From positions 314,499 to 378,498 of the forward strand of contig JAKMXF010000066.1 of the NCBI GenBank assembly GCA_024704765.1: DNA of 64,000 nt, in the 5' to 3' direction. Shown here one piece after another: positions 38,421 to 52,100 of this stretch. The first letter of the stretch is position 1, and each line of letters starts with the position of its first letter. The notes below the pieces were generated by a model. The model was not told the origin of the DNA. It did not search any database and saw only the letters and a list, made by a program, of their open reading frames with translations. This DNA comes from Oopsacas minuta. Taxonomy: Eukaryota; Animalia; Porifera. Made by a program: the position numbers and the translations under genes.

Positions 38421-40151
38421 TTTAGTATTTTATGGGGGATTTTATCGTATTTATTCATGTATTCAAATATTATTAGTGGTTACATGTGTTTGCTTACAGA
38501 AATACATATATTAATTTTGTAGATTAGTAGGAGTGTGTATTATAATGTATATGATGATAATGTATCCACCTGGCTCAATTAAACAGCTTACACGATCGTT
38601 GTTCATCGCTTTTAATAGATGGATAAATATACAATAACTGCCTCAGCAGATATAACTCTCATTATAATGGAATAGAAGCAATTACTCACAATATATAGGG
38701 GGTAAAGAATCACTACGTTATAACCAGTTTCTTTAATCCTACTCGGCTATAACGGGTGTTTACTGTACGTATGTGAGTATTGTTGTGGATAATTAGTATA
38801 ATGTCTGTATTGCGGAAGGAATTAGAATAGATAAATCTTTATACAAATTTCCATATACTATTATAATGTGAATTATGTGGAATCATAATATTCCTTAATT
38901 AGGACAAACACTTAATTAATTGGCAAATAGAATAATAGAATGAATCAACTATTTTAATATCAAAGATTCAGATGTTTGGAAAGAAATAACTGGGAAGAGT
39001 GTAGCAAGCATTATACTACATTAATAAAAGTAATCTTATTATACAAGGAAATATTCTGAAAAAAACTTGAGTCCTGCCATCCCATGGGCATAAGCCCCAT
39101 AAGAACCCAACATATGTACCTCGTTTGTCACTACAATTCTTCCATAAATAACCACAATTCGAAATAAAATTCTAAAAACCAAACTAATCTCAATTGCATC
39201 AGGTGAGTTGGGTAATTAGCATAAGGATATAATCCTCAAACATTATATTATGCTTACTTTACGTATTAACTAGAACATCTGCTGCTGTGACCAAATTACA
39301 CGAATATATGCCACATTGGAAAATGGATTCAAGCTATGATAATTACAGCAGGCCATACATTGCAGAAAGTATTATACAATAGAACCTCTGAGATCTGTGC
39401 AGTCTCGTCCATAAGGAAATTAGCTAAATTTAAAATATATTTCGAACTTTTGGAAAATTGTGCACGGATCTGGAGGTCTGACTATAATTATGATATAAGT
39501 TAGTATAAAATACTGTCTTAATCATAATAATGCAAGATTAGCTAGTAACATGAGCATGAATATTTTTGGTGCCAAGATAGTTTAAAGGTATGTTGCCTAA
39601 CCAGGAGTACAATGATATGCCAATTTTGTACTAGTAAATACGTAATTCAGTATTACAAATGGTGCTAAGATAAACATTTGTGAAGTGGATAAACTGCACA
39701 GACACTGATGCTATAGCATGATTTTTATCATCTAAAATGGAAACATAAATTCATAGGAAGTTGCGAAACCTGCTGACATGAACACAATAGGTTAGTTAAC
39801 ATACAACTGTGAAAATATATATTTTGAATATAAAATTCATAAACCCAGGCTAACCAAATAGATGGGACAAAATCAATCAAATACGATTTGTAATACAAAG
39901 ATAATTCCCTTAAAATTCCTCAATTATTTCTAATAAATATATGTATAATTATCTCATTATTACCCAATACCAATATAATAACCAATAGACTGAACAATAT
40001 AGTAATAACGTAATAGGAGAATGATATACCCACAATATTTGAATAAGCAATTCTAGAAATGAGCAAATACGATAGAAATAAGTAAGCTATAAAAGTAAAC
40101 AATTCTATACGAGTCTCTAGGACGGTGACTACGCTATGAACTAATATGAGA

Positions 40152-43100
40152 CTAGTAAGGTTTGACACGTCGGGGACCTCCACCACGTGGCTGGCCTCTG
40201 TCGCCACCACCTACAAGGATAAATTACAAATATTAGAATACAGTGGATGACAGTTATAAGAACACCAGATATAAGAACATGTCGAATGAATATAAGCACC
40301 ATCCTCTGTGGATAACGGTTCTCATATATCCAGTATATTTCATGCGGGATATAAGATATATTGCTACTCCCAGGGCGTTCTTATATCCGGAACCTACTGC
40401 AGTAACAACTCCTGTTCCTGTCAATAACATTATAATATTGAATGAAGAAGGACAAAATTAACTAGCAAATACTTTCTATTTTGTCTATAATTGTAAAGAT
40501 TGTTATATGTACAAAAGTATATTCTACCTAACTTTATAAAGTAGAATTAACATTAATGTGGTCTATGGAACCGCTATATTGAGTCGTATTAATGGTTGAT
40601 ATGTATACATCCAATAGTAAATAAATAAGAATACAAGACACCCGAAGTGTTCGCGAGCTGCGGGGCGGAAGTAAGGGATTCTAGCTTGTAACAAACAATT
40701 ATCTGACAAAGCAAAGGAGTTATTAAATACCGCCATTAATACAGCATTAAGTAGAACGGATATAGATGCAAACAAAACAAAGGAACACATCACTCCAACA
40801 TAACAATCACAAAGCCATCAAGAATGTGCAAAGAACAGAATACTGTTCATATAATTCTAATACGCATTACATTGTGTGTATAGCATGACATGATGAATAG
40901 TGATTATACAATGCAATATGTCATAGTTACTGACATGAGACTATGAAACGCACTTCGAAGTGTCGTCTGTTATCATCACATCATTTATTGTATATTAAGT
41001 AAACAACTTGAGATACCTCATAAACTGAGAAAGTAACACTGGTCTGTTGTTATTGTCAATCTACCTCATAATTAGATATTCACGTAATTAGTTTGCATAT
41101 AAACTTCCGCTTAGATGCAATAAATATTTAGAATACATAAACAATGATACGACAATGATCTCAGTTAATTGTGCTCTCTAAGCATAGGGTGTCTCAAAAT
41201 AAGTGGATGGATAAATAGGTACCCTCAGTCGTAAATATCAGGATGAAGCACAAGGCATGTGGAATTGTATAACTGCAATCGATGAGCGATTTCTTGAAAA
41301 TCACATTGTAAACATCATCGTATTATTCGTATATAATTATTATAAATAAAGTCGGTGATTCCAATAAATAATTCCCATAGCGTTGGTAAAATAAACACAG
41401 TATACTACTTTCTTACCAAAAAATGATTTACCATTCATTATACAAAATATATTTAGTACTTTGTAATTTTCTTGGGAACATCCTATCCGAGTTCTACTGT
41501 ATGTTATATTTAAGGAGCATGATTGTAAACACTATTTTTTAGTTTTTGTGAGGATTCACAAAAAACGGTAGGATAATGCTGTAGACTCCACTTAATAGGG
41601 TCACATCGGACCAGGTTCTATTGACCCGATTAAGCGGATTAAAACCAGAATACTTTAACACTATTTTTATGGTTCTGTTTCTGGCAAGTGACCCGATAAA
41701 CTCTTGTTCTATTAAGCGTAGTCTATTGAATACTGATTACTGGATCAGCCCACAAATTGGAATAAATATTATAGGATGAGTAAAAAAATTCTCACCTCTA
41801 GGGTAATATCCTCTACCACCCCCTCCTCGTTGCATACCACCTCTACCTCTACTGTAACCACCTCCACCGCGGAACTTAGGAGATCTCGGAGGACCATCTC
41901 CACCTCTACTGAAGTCTGGACCATCCATTCCTCTGGGGATACCATACTCGGTAGGGGGTCCAAAATCTTGTCCGTCACCGCCTACAATGAAATTTCAGAT
42001 AAATTGAATTTGAAAGAATGCATAGAAAATTGCTATATTGAGTCTATCATCATTTGGTTTAGTATTCGCATTTTGCAGCGAATACTATACCATAATGATG
42101 ATGATAGATTGAGATAGTACAAATATCAGTATAACTAGCGTATGCTTTATCAGCAATTAATTAGACTGACTAGAGAAGCAATTAGAACTAGCTAATAGCA
42201 CAAATCCACATATTCATGTAACATAAACACAATAGAGGTTACAAGCCTGTTTAGATATTAGGAAATGAGTATGTTTTAATGGAGCGGAACAACCACACAT
42301 GTGGATACATGATACTTGCGAATAACTTACTTTTCGGGGTATGACATCTGTTACATTCAGTACGTCTAGCAAAATTAGAATTTTGACAATTGGGGCAAAT
42401 CCAGTCACCTTCTCCAGGTCCGCCACCCCCGCCACCTCTACCACCGTCTCTACCACCCCTAAAGCAAATGAGAAATGCTGAAAATACTAGGACAGCATTA
42501 CTACCACAATAATGAAGATGTATTTAATATTCTGCTGAAGTTCCTTACTTACCTGTAGTCATTAACTATAATTGTACTTTTGATTAAAACAAAAAATAAG
42601 CATGCAATGATACAGGAACCAAAAATATGATAAATCTAATTTTGTTATGAAGTAAGATATTTCAAAAGTAGTCATGTAAGTACATACGAATATGAGACGA
42701 AGCAAATTCAAAACGATGCTGGAATGAAGCAAAATTTTGTTCATTAAACTATTACGTAGTAATATATGTCTAACGATCTTACTCAGATATTGAGTTAGTG
42801 AGGATACGGGAAATACAACACCAAATCGGAACAAAGAAGTTTTAATCAAAACTAATTAAAATGCTATTATTATTAACTAGCACAATTTCTGTGAATTATG
42901 GAACACAACTGGTTTTTAGAATGAAGATACAATAGCGTAGAGTCACCGTATCCGTGTCTCACTTCATATCCAAAACGCAAACAGCTATCTTTCCCAGAAT
43001 AAGCACACATACTTAGCAGAATTCAAATGTATATGATATAATTTTAATGAGTTATGATTGTATTACGTACAGCTGATACAGTTCTTTAATTCAGAGTTGA

Positions 43101-46100
43101 TATTCCCCGAATTTAACATTTTATACACTAGCTACAATATAGAAATATGGAATAAATTTCTCATCTTTCCAACAAGAAAGTAAATGGAATAAAATATATA
43201 ACGAGATGTTACCAGTGACCACAGGATGCATGAGTTCTATCCATAGATGAAGTGAGGGATTCCTCTGATTCAGATAAGATATGTATCAGAATAGATATAA
43301 TTATGGTATAGGTGATAATAGCCTCTGGCTATGGGTAACACCATATTAATAATATCCTTATCCATTTCTTCGAATCATTAAGACAATTTGGAAAATGAGC
43401 TTACGGTATTTGAGAAATGTTTTCTGTACGTATGTAGTAGTGATTTATATAATATTTGTGACGAATATTATCCTGTTTCGTACAATTTTACACACTCATA
43501 GACTGAGTTATAGCTTTTAGTGGCTATTAATAGCATACAGTTATGGCTGTTGCATAAATGTAAGATATCATTACAATGAACTCAGTGTAATTATCTAGTG
43601 TAATCCTTACGACCTGACGGGGTGTATAACAATTCTAAGTAGAGAGGCAGGTCTTAGGCTGTAATGATGAATAGTGCAACATATGATTAGTATAAATAGA
43701 GAATATTGAAATACCATGAGGTAACTGATAAGATAATCGAATGGAGATAGCATAGATTCATATGGGAGTGTTTCTTATAATATCCATCTGCATTTAGGTT
43801 AAACAGATTACACTACTATGTGATAACACATAATATATTGTAGAATAGTGATAGAGCCAAACTGTCTATAACGGGATACAATTGGATTGCTAATAAGGGT
43901 GTTGGTAACATAGGGCCGATTCATGATACAATTGTTATATTTACTAGTTGAGTTGTATCGGCAATTGAGTGACACAAAATTCCGACCCTTAACTCAAATT
44001 ATATCAAATATGTTACTGCCCAGAAATACCTGGATAAAACCCATATTCTCGGGAATATGATACGTTTCTTGGTCTTTCATCAACAAAAAGTATTACTGAA
44101 CTTTGTTTGTGGTGAAAGAATTATCGATTTGAAAATTCATCTAATAATGCTCTTACAAAACTATTATACTAATGAGCTATGAGTGGATGATTAGGTTAAT
44201 AAAATTAATTAGAATAATTCAGTCTATCTTAAAGATGAATTTACAGAAGTATAGTAAATTCAATGATGACATTTTGAACTTTTATCAGCACTAAGGGTGA
44301 TTTGATTATAATAGTTCTGTTAGCGAAAGAATATCCAGTATATCTCAATGATAATTACTTGTTAATTATGTAAATGTACTACACGTCATTTAATTAGCAG
44401 GAATAGAATGATGTACTATGCTGTAATGAACAAGTAACCATGGATAATAAGAGCATAGTATTCCAAGATTTCGAACGTATATTGATACAGTTAGAGATCG
44501 CTAGAGGCGAGCCAAGGTATTAAAATCTTATAATTACGACTGAAAAATATCCATACATTTGTAATAATCATAACCATTATAATATGTTATAAACATTCAG
44601 GGTAAACCTACAGAAAACGGGTTATGAAAACAACTTCAAAGCCAATGAAAACACACATATATGTCTACACATGTTAGTGAGAGCATTAATAGAAGTAATT
44701 ATTTAACATAACGTTTTGGTGGAGTATACACCACTAACTTTTCATCAAAGTTAATTAAATAGAAATATAATTAATGCATGGATTTGACATCAAATTAATA
44801 CACCAGTTAGAAAACAGATCAGTTAATATATGTATTAACATATTGAAGTGATAACTTGATTAGAATTAATAGAGTAATTACATATAAAGTAGTGCATTAA
44901 GCTAGGTGGATAAGTATATGCAACGTGGACAAATGTGTTACTTACAACTTCAATTGTTTCGGCATATTAACTATGATAATAAACTGTAAAATTGGCAAGG
45001 CAGGGACGTAACTAGTATTGAGGCAGAGGATGGAATTACCTCCTCGCCTTTTCACCCTTTGCATAATGTTTCTATTGTAATAGCTATTTTAATGAGGTAA
45101 ATAGTCATCATAGCCGTCTAGCTCTGAGATATCTAATTACGTCATAGTAACGTATTCTTAATCTACAAGTATACTAGTAGTATAATAATTATATCTCACC
45201 TTCCTCCTGGACCGCCTCTATGGAACCCTCCTCTACCAAAAAAATGGTCTCCACCACGTCCTCCTCTATCATCTCTCCTTCCTCTATCAGACATACGATT
45301 AGGCTGTTTATGATACAAACCAACTCTAATTGGGACATTCTTCAATTCTTTCCCATTGAACCAGTTAATAGCACTACTAGCAGTGAAAGGATCATCATAT
45401 GTGATTAGTGCTTTCTCCCCTGAATCATGAATACGGATTAGTTCATTACCACGTCTATCTTTCTTGATTACTCCGATAACTTTGAACATTTCAGCTAAAT
45501 CTTCTATTACAGTGTCTTTTGGAAGATCGAATATTTCAATAGTATCATTAGCAGGGTTTGCGTCTAAACAATGGATTATACAGCATCAATAGAAAAGGTA
45601 TGTACAGTCAGCTCCCCTTATATCGAAGCTCAAGGGATCGCGAAAATTACTTCGATACAAGCAGAGTTCGATATAACCGAATAACCGATGGAAATTATGT
45701 TACTTTGACTGTTTAAGACCAAATTAATACAATTTCTGACTTCGATATTAGCAGATACTGCGATATATCCATGTATTATATAACCTAAGATTACTGTCAG
45801 TAAGATAGACTATATATTACCTTGTCCAGGGTCATTGAAACGAGATCTGGACCTGTCATCTTCACCTCCCATATCTCGATCTCTACCACCGCCACCTCCT
45901 CGATTGAATCTAGCAAACAAATATCAAACAAATAAATATTCATAGTTACGTATATTGATTATTGCTATACCTTGCAGGAGGTCTGTCCATACCCATTCTT
46001 TGATTATGATCATAATGATCATCCTGACCGTATCTAGGTGGTCCTCTGTTGTCACCTGTAGAGGATGTATTATCCATGGTACAAATAAAATAATGTAACA

Positions 46101-49100
46101 CTACTTATCACATGCACAGAGGATCTCATGGTTTTAATCTAATGGGTCAGTGATAAATAATTTCCATAGACATACAGTCAACTCCCCCAATATCGAACAC
46201 GGATATAGCGAAGTCTGACATTGTACAAATATGGTCCCAAACTGTCAATATAGCAAAATAACAAATTCATCGGGTTATATCGAACTTCGCTTATATCAAA
46301 GTAATTATTGCAGTCCCTTGCGAGCTTCAATATAACAGGAGTTGACTGTAATCCTTCACAACTAAACTACGAATATTACAGATATATCAAACACGTCAGC
46401 AAATACGTACACATAATCTGAGGACAATCGTTAATACTATATATAATAATTCAAACACTGATGTTACAGTAACAAATATCGCAGTTATCGACAGTAAATC
46501 GAAATATAAAGGAAAATATAAACTCAATTTAGGTATAGTGGTATACTAGGCTTATACAGATGTAACATAATACTCAGAATGAGAGGTTAAATACACAAAA
46601 AAATTACAGAAGAATTAAATCAGTCAGTGAAGCATGCAAACAATTCTACTCACTATATTTGTATCTCTGCTGGTACAAAGGGGATATAGCGACGACACTC
46701 CCCCTCTAGGACAAGGGTATTTCATTCCAAAGCATAACTTGCTAGGGGAGCAACTATTAGGCGGGCAAACTCTACTCGACATGACAGCTGATTGTTGGAA
46801 TTGTGTCAGAGACGAAGGTACATATCAGAAAACGGATGTGTACACAAATACGGAGAGATTTTACAGGTCTCTCACCTCGACTACTTCCCTCTCTCCCAAG
46901 CTAGAAACCGACTTCACGCTAGGAGCTACGCTAGACATAACCTCAAACGGGATTAGCGGGGGTGTGAGAAATCTCACTGGAGTATCTTTGAACGATTATA
47001 CAACTTCTTTAATTTGTTTTCTAAAAAGTGTGTGTTTGAGCAAAAACAAATTAAACATTGATTTCCAGAAGGATTTTGAAGCATTGAATCCTAGCATTAA
47101 GGAGCCTTGGTTGGAGTCTAATTGGGTAGATTACGAAACATTCTATAACAAATACGGATCTCACTTTATAACAGAAGTAGCATATGGAGCAAGATTTTAT
47201 GAGCACGCATTTTCAGACGCAAGAATGAGCTATACTTCGCGAAATTTGACAGTTAGAGCATGCGCTGCATTAGCCGGGCCAGCTGGGATTGGTATTCTGG
47301 AGATAGAAGCCTGTGAGGGCATAAATAAACAGGAAATAGACTCAGTGTCTTCTCTTGCTATCTACACACTTCTAGTTATAAGAGGGGGTACAGCTAAAAC
47401 CAGGGCTGAGCTTTATAAGAACAGAACTGTTGCAGGAATAGCAAAGTTTATGAGTGAAGCAAATGCAACCGAAATGCCAATAAAGTACAATTTCATGCCA
47501 ATTTGGTCGCTCCTACAGTTGAGGTATCTAGACACAGAACACTACTCAAAGGCTAGGAACCTTGCTGCGTATTATCTGGGATTTGGTAATTATGGATGTG
47601 AATACCAGCCTGTAATTAATACAAGCAAGTTCAAGGTGGAATATTACCAAAGGTTCGAATACGCTCCGACATCCACTGATAGCATTCCAACATTCCAATG
47701 CGTAATAGCGCCTCAGGGCTGTCACGCTGATACCGACTGTCACAAGCATGACATTATACGCTGCTCATGTCACGGAGATTCCTGTATCAGACATTTCCCT
47801 AACACTCTGGATACTAGTGTTATCAAGAAAGTAGCTCGACCTAACTATGACATAAAATGGGGAGCATACGGTTGTGGACAACACCTCCTAAAGTGTAGTT
47901 GTGACAATATGGACTGGGGATATTCTACAGTATGGCAGCAGGATAAAGACACTGATTATCCTACCATTAAGTCATAAGGGAAACAACTATATATGATTTA
48001 TGCATGATTTCTGGTAAAAGACATTTCATGGAGTAATTTGCCTGTAGTTTGTAGGTACGTATATTGTACACGTAGTTATAAATTATTCAAAATCATAAGA
48101 CACGAGATATTGATGATGGACTATTCTTACCTCTAGGGGGAGGTCCTCGGTAGGATGAACCTTGTCCTTGATAGTTTCCTACAATGAATTCACGTATTAA
48201 TACGGTATAAGCACGTGTACGTATTTCAATTAAGAAACATATCTACACAATTCTACAGTCAACGTAATTTAGTATAGGTCAATTTGTTAGGTAGATAGAC
48301 TGTTTGTGGAATTACGTGCAATTGTTGTGATAGTATATCGTGGAACCTCTGAATAACGAACAATTTGTGGGTTGTAAATATAAATTATCGAAGTGTTCGA
48401 TTCAAGATGCCAAATCGTATATATTTGCGACAAATCAGATTATTCCAATCGTGTAATAATTGAAAAATCTCACAAATATAAAATAAATTTTCATCAACAA
48501 ACATGAATGGAGCGCGGCGAGAAACTAAGAAATTAATAATATTAGACTAGACCATTATAAACATAGAGAATTACGCTTATCAATAGTAAGTCTATCGTCT
48601 ATGCGGTTGGAACGCCATAAAATTTATCAAAAAGTATGAAACTGTAACCGCAAGATTGTTCAAATACCAAACGACAATTATCTATTTTTAATACAAATGA
48701 AATACAACACAGATATGGTAGTGTAATATTACTATATACCTCTAGATCCATAATGATCCATTCCACCACCGCCCATACCAGTAGAATAGTCCTCTCTAGG
48801 ATAGTTAGGTGCACCGTAGTGTTGCTGGTCCTGATAAAAATAATTAAACATGAATATATAAGAGATATACTAACCAACCATTCCTCTAGGTGGAGGAGGC
48901 CCATCATAGGAGGAGGTACCGCCCATACCCATAGATGGTTGTCTCCCTTGTCCCTCGTATGAGTCTGTAGGAGGAGTAGGGTCTCCATAGCTGGGAGGAG
49001 GCTGAGGGGGTCCGTACTGTTGTCCGGGGGCGGAGCCGTAAGAAGGTCCTCCCCTGTACTCAGGTTGCCCTGTACCACCACTTGCTCCACTGTAGCTAGT

Positions 49101-52100
49101 ATTCGCGTACATGCTAGCAGTATTCCCGCTCTGATAGCTTGGCTAGAGAGATATATCAGTCAGTATATACGAAAATATGATCAGCAAATATCATAGAATA
49201 GTGATGTAGCTAGATTGATTAGTTAATACCTGTTGGGAGTATGAAGCATATTGTGAAGTGGAGTATGATGGAGTAGAAGTAGGCGCGTAAGATCCTGCAG
49301 CGCCTGTCAAACAATAGAAACATATTTAGGTGCCCAGTAAAGTACATTAATCATATAATATCTAAGTCAGCGGTTCCCAACTGAGTCAACAGGATCCCAA
49401 AATTTGTATTGCAGTCTATGGGAGAGGGTTCACTACCTGTTAAAATTGGTATAGGGAGTCATTGGTGAAAAAGATTGGGAACCGCTATCTAAGTAATTAA
49501 ATTTTAGAATAAGATATCTTTGGGAAATGGGTCGAATTCCGATAGATATGCTCTAAGAGTGCTTCCAATGGCCTGGTTCAGATCGGCATTCTTATCCAAC
49601 GCAGCAATAAAGCAACGAACGATAAAAGAGTACATACGCATTAAATTCATATAAACAGTGTATTTGCTTGAGCCAGTATATTGATGAAAGAGGCAACCAC
49701 ACATATAAAATAGAATTGATAGTAATGATCGAATATGGTTATTTGTCCTGTGATTTTGTACTTAGATATTATCACAGATTCAGATAAAGGACTTCGTAGA
49801 AGCAAAAGAGACAATTAGAATGGATAATGATTCAATTGGATGGACAATAGTAAGAAACTCTTTGACAGAACTCCAATACATTGTTATAATACCATTACGA
49901 GAATGCTAATTACAGAAATAAATAATTTAAGAAAGAATTTGAAGCAGCAGGTTTGCCATTACAGATGTTAGTCTCTCTAATTATTTGTTAGATAATCTGC
50001 CACAGTTACTGAGCGATTCGCTAACACTACTGTTCATTACAAAGTAGAGTTTGATAGTAGACCTCAGGAAATTACTAACACACCGATTGAAAATGTTAAT
50101 ACACATAGGATATAGCAAAATGAACGGAAAAATTACTTTGAAAAATATGAGTTACTGCAGGGAGTATATTGTGTAATCTAAGAAACAATATGAATACTGC
50201 GAGTATCAGGCAAATCTAATTTCGTTCTTCTTTAGATGTTTAATTTGGTAACTTTAGAGGAAATTATCTAAACTGGTATGGTGATTGCCGATTGTTGTCA
50301 TTTAAGTATTTTCCATTACTTTGTTATATTAGTGACACATTAGATCGTTATCTAAATACAAAGATATGCAAATCTATCAATTTGCAGTAGAATCACCATT
50401 AGATTGATAGTTTAACCTTAAAAAAGGCCTTATACGGTTAAAAAGAATGTTGTATATTACATATACATAGCAAGAATCTATAAAAATAAAAGATAAGATA
50501 ATTCTATGAGAAGTTAACGCAACATTTAGCCAATTAGATAATAATACAACGCAGGGAGATTTTGAGAACTGTATTCAAGAATGAATGGAGAGAAGAGCTA
50601 TAACTCAGGGATATGCACAAGAAGCAACATAAAGTTGATATCTCCAGATTTAGTTAGTCAAACTATTTGTATAAGTAAATCGTCAAATAAATTTACTCGA
50701 GTTAAACTGGAAGAATAAAATGGAGCGGTTCATAAACAAGTTCGTATTAAAAGTTAGCGTGAAGAAATATTATCAGAGACTACCAAGTGAAGATACACCT
50801 AACGAATTGAAGAAAGAGCAAATTCAGGAAATGAATACAGAGAATATTCCAACACAAACCGAATCGAAATTAACTCCACCCTCAAGCACAAAGCTGTTTA
50901 CCCTAATAAAGCGAGGTAAAATAGAGAGAGAAGCGAACAGAGGGAAATACACACAATTAGAAGCAAACTGTAATCTCAGTAAAGAAGAGATGGAAGAAAT
51001 TTACAATAACAATTTCACAGATTAACTCGTGTTGTAAGATATGTATAAATACGCATTAACATTTCACTACTTTGGATGAATTTATAATGGTAATAAATTG
51101 AAGTAAATAATATTATTGACTTGGAATTATGAATTCTCTGAATGTATCATTTGAAATATCATAGGATACAATGTTGTAATATATTGGGCAATTTACCATG
51201 AGATACATAACTATACCGTTGATATTAATAGTACCCAATGAGCACTTATTGTCGAACTACCTAAAACACACTGGAGAGCGAAAACATTTGCTAAAAATTG
51301 ATAATTATGTACCTACGTAAGTACATAAGTTTAACATAACCGTGAGGGACTCAAGGATACTATTCCGATTCACCATTCGGCAGCGTTATACGTTAGGCAT
51401 AGGTCGCTAACAACACAATTCAAGCTGTTAGGTTAAAGTTTAACATATTACGTATCATTAATTACATTACTGATCTACAGTCTTGGGCCATCTGCTATAT
51501 TGACTTAAGGCTTGTGAAATATAATATATTCTCGCGTGATGTTGGGAATAATAGGATTAATTACAAGAATGATTTGCATATAAGTAAACGATTCCTAGAT
51601 GGAATTACTATTGTCCATAGAATTGACGTTAAAATGCCTCAACTTAAACCTAAAAGTAAAAAATCGAAAAAAAAGTCCAAAAAGACACGAAATGGGAAAA
51701 ATAAAAATTGGTACAAGAAGCTAGAAGGGCCTAGCCAGTTCTACAGTGAGAAGGTATTTAATACAAACAGCTCGAGCGAATCTGATTCTGACTTTGAAAT
51801 AGACTGGGGAGAAGAGCGAAATGAAGTTTCATATGAACTAACTCTAAAGTCCCCTACAGATGACTCTGTAATAGTATGCAGTGTACCAGCAAAACCAACT
51901 GGGAAGAAATACATGAAAGAATTAATACATTGTAAAAACTGTGGTGGTTGTAGCTTAGAGCTTGGATGGGAAATACAAACAGAGGAAGGGAAGTTCTATG
52001 TAATTGATTATCACTTGATATTTACTATGGAAGAGTTGCTAGCGATAATTCTCACTGAGAGAATACAGAAATATGCCAGGACTCGTAATGTGAAGAAAAA

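Noticed and set aside
48599-49090. Long minus-strand ORFs in alternative frames over the FET low-complexity exons (48599-49090, 55199-55528 extension) and antisense ORFs inside LRRK (20615-20944, 25949-26341)
   Set aside because: They are off-frame or antisense read-through of repetitive or compositionally biased coding sequence; the spliced FET and LRRK models explain these regions.
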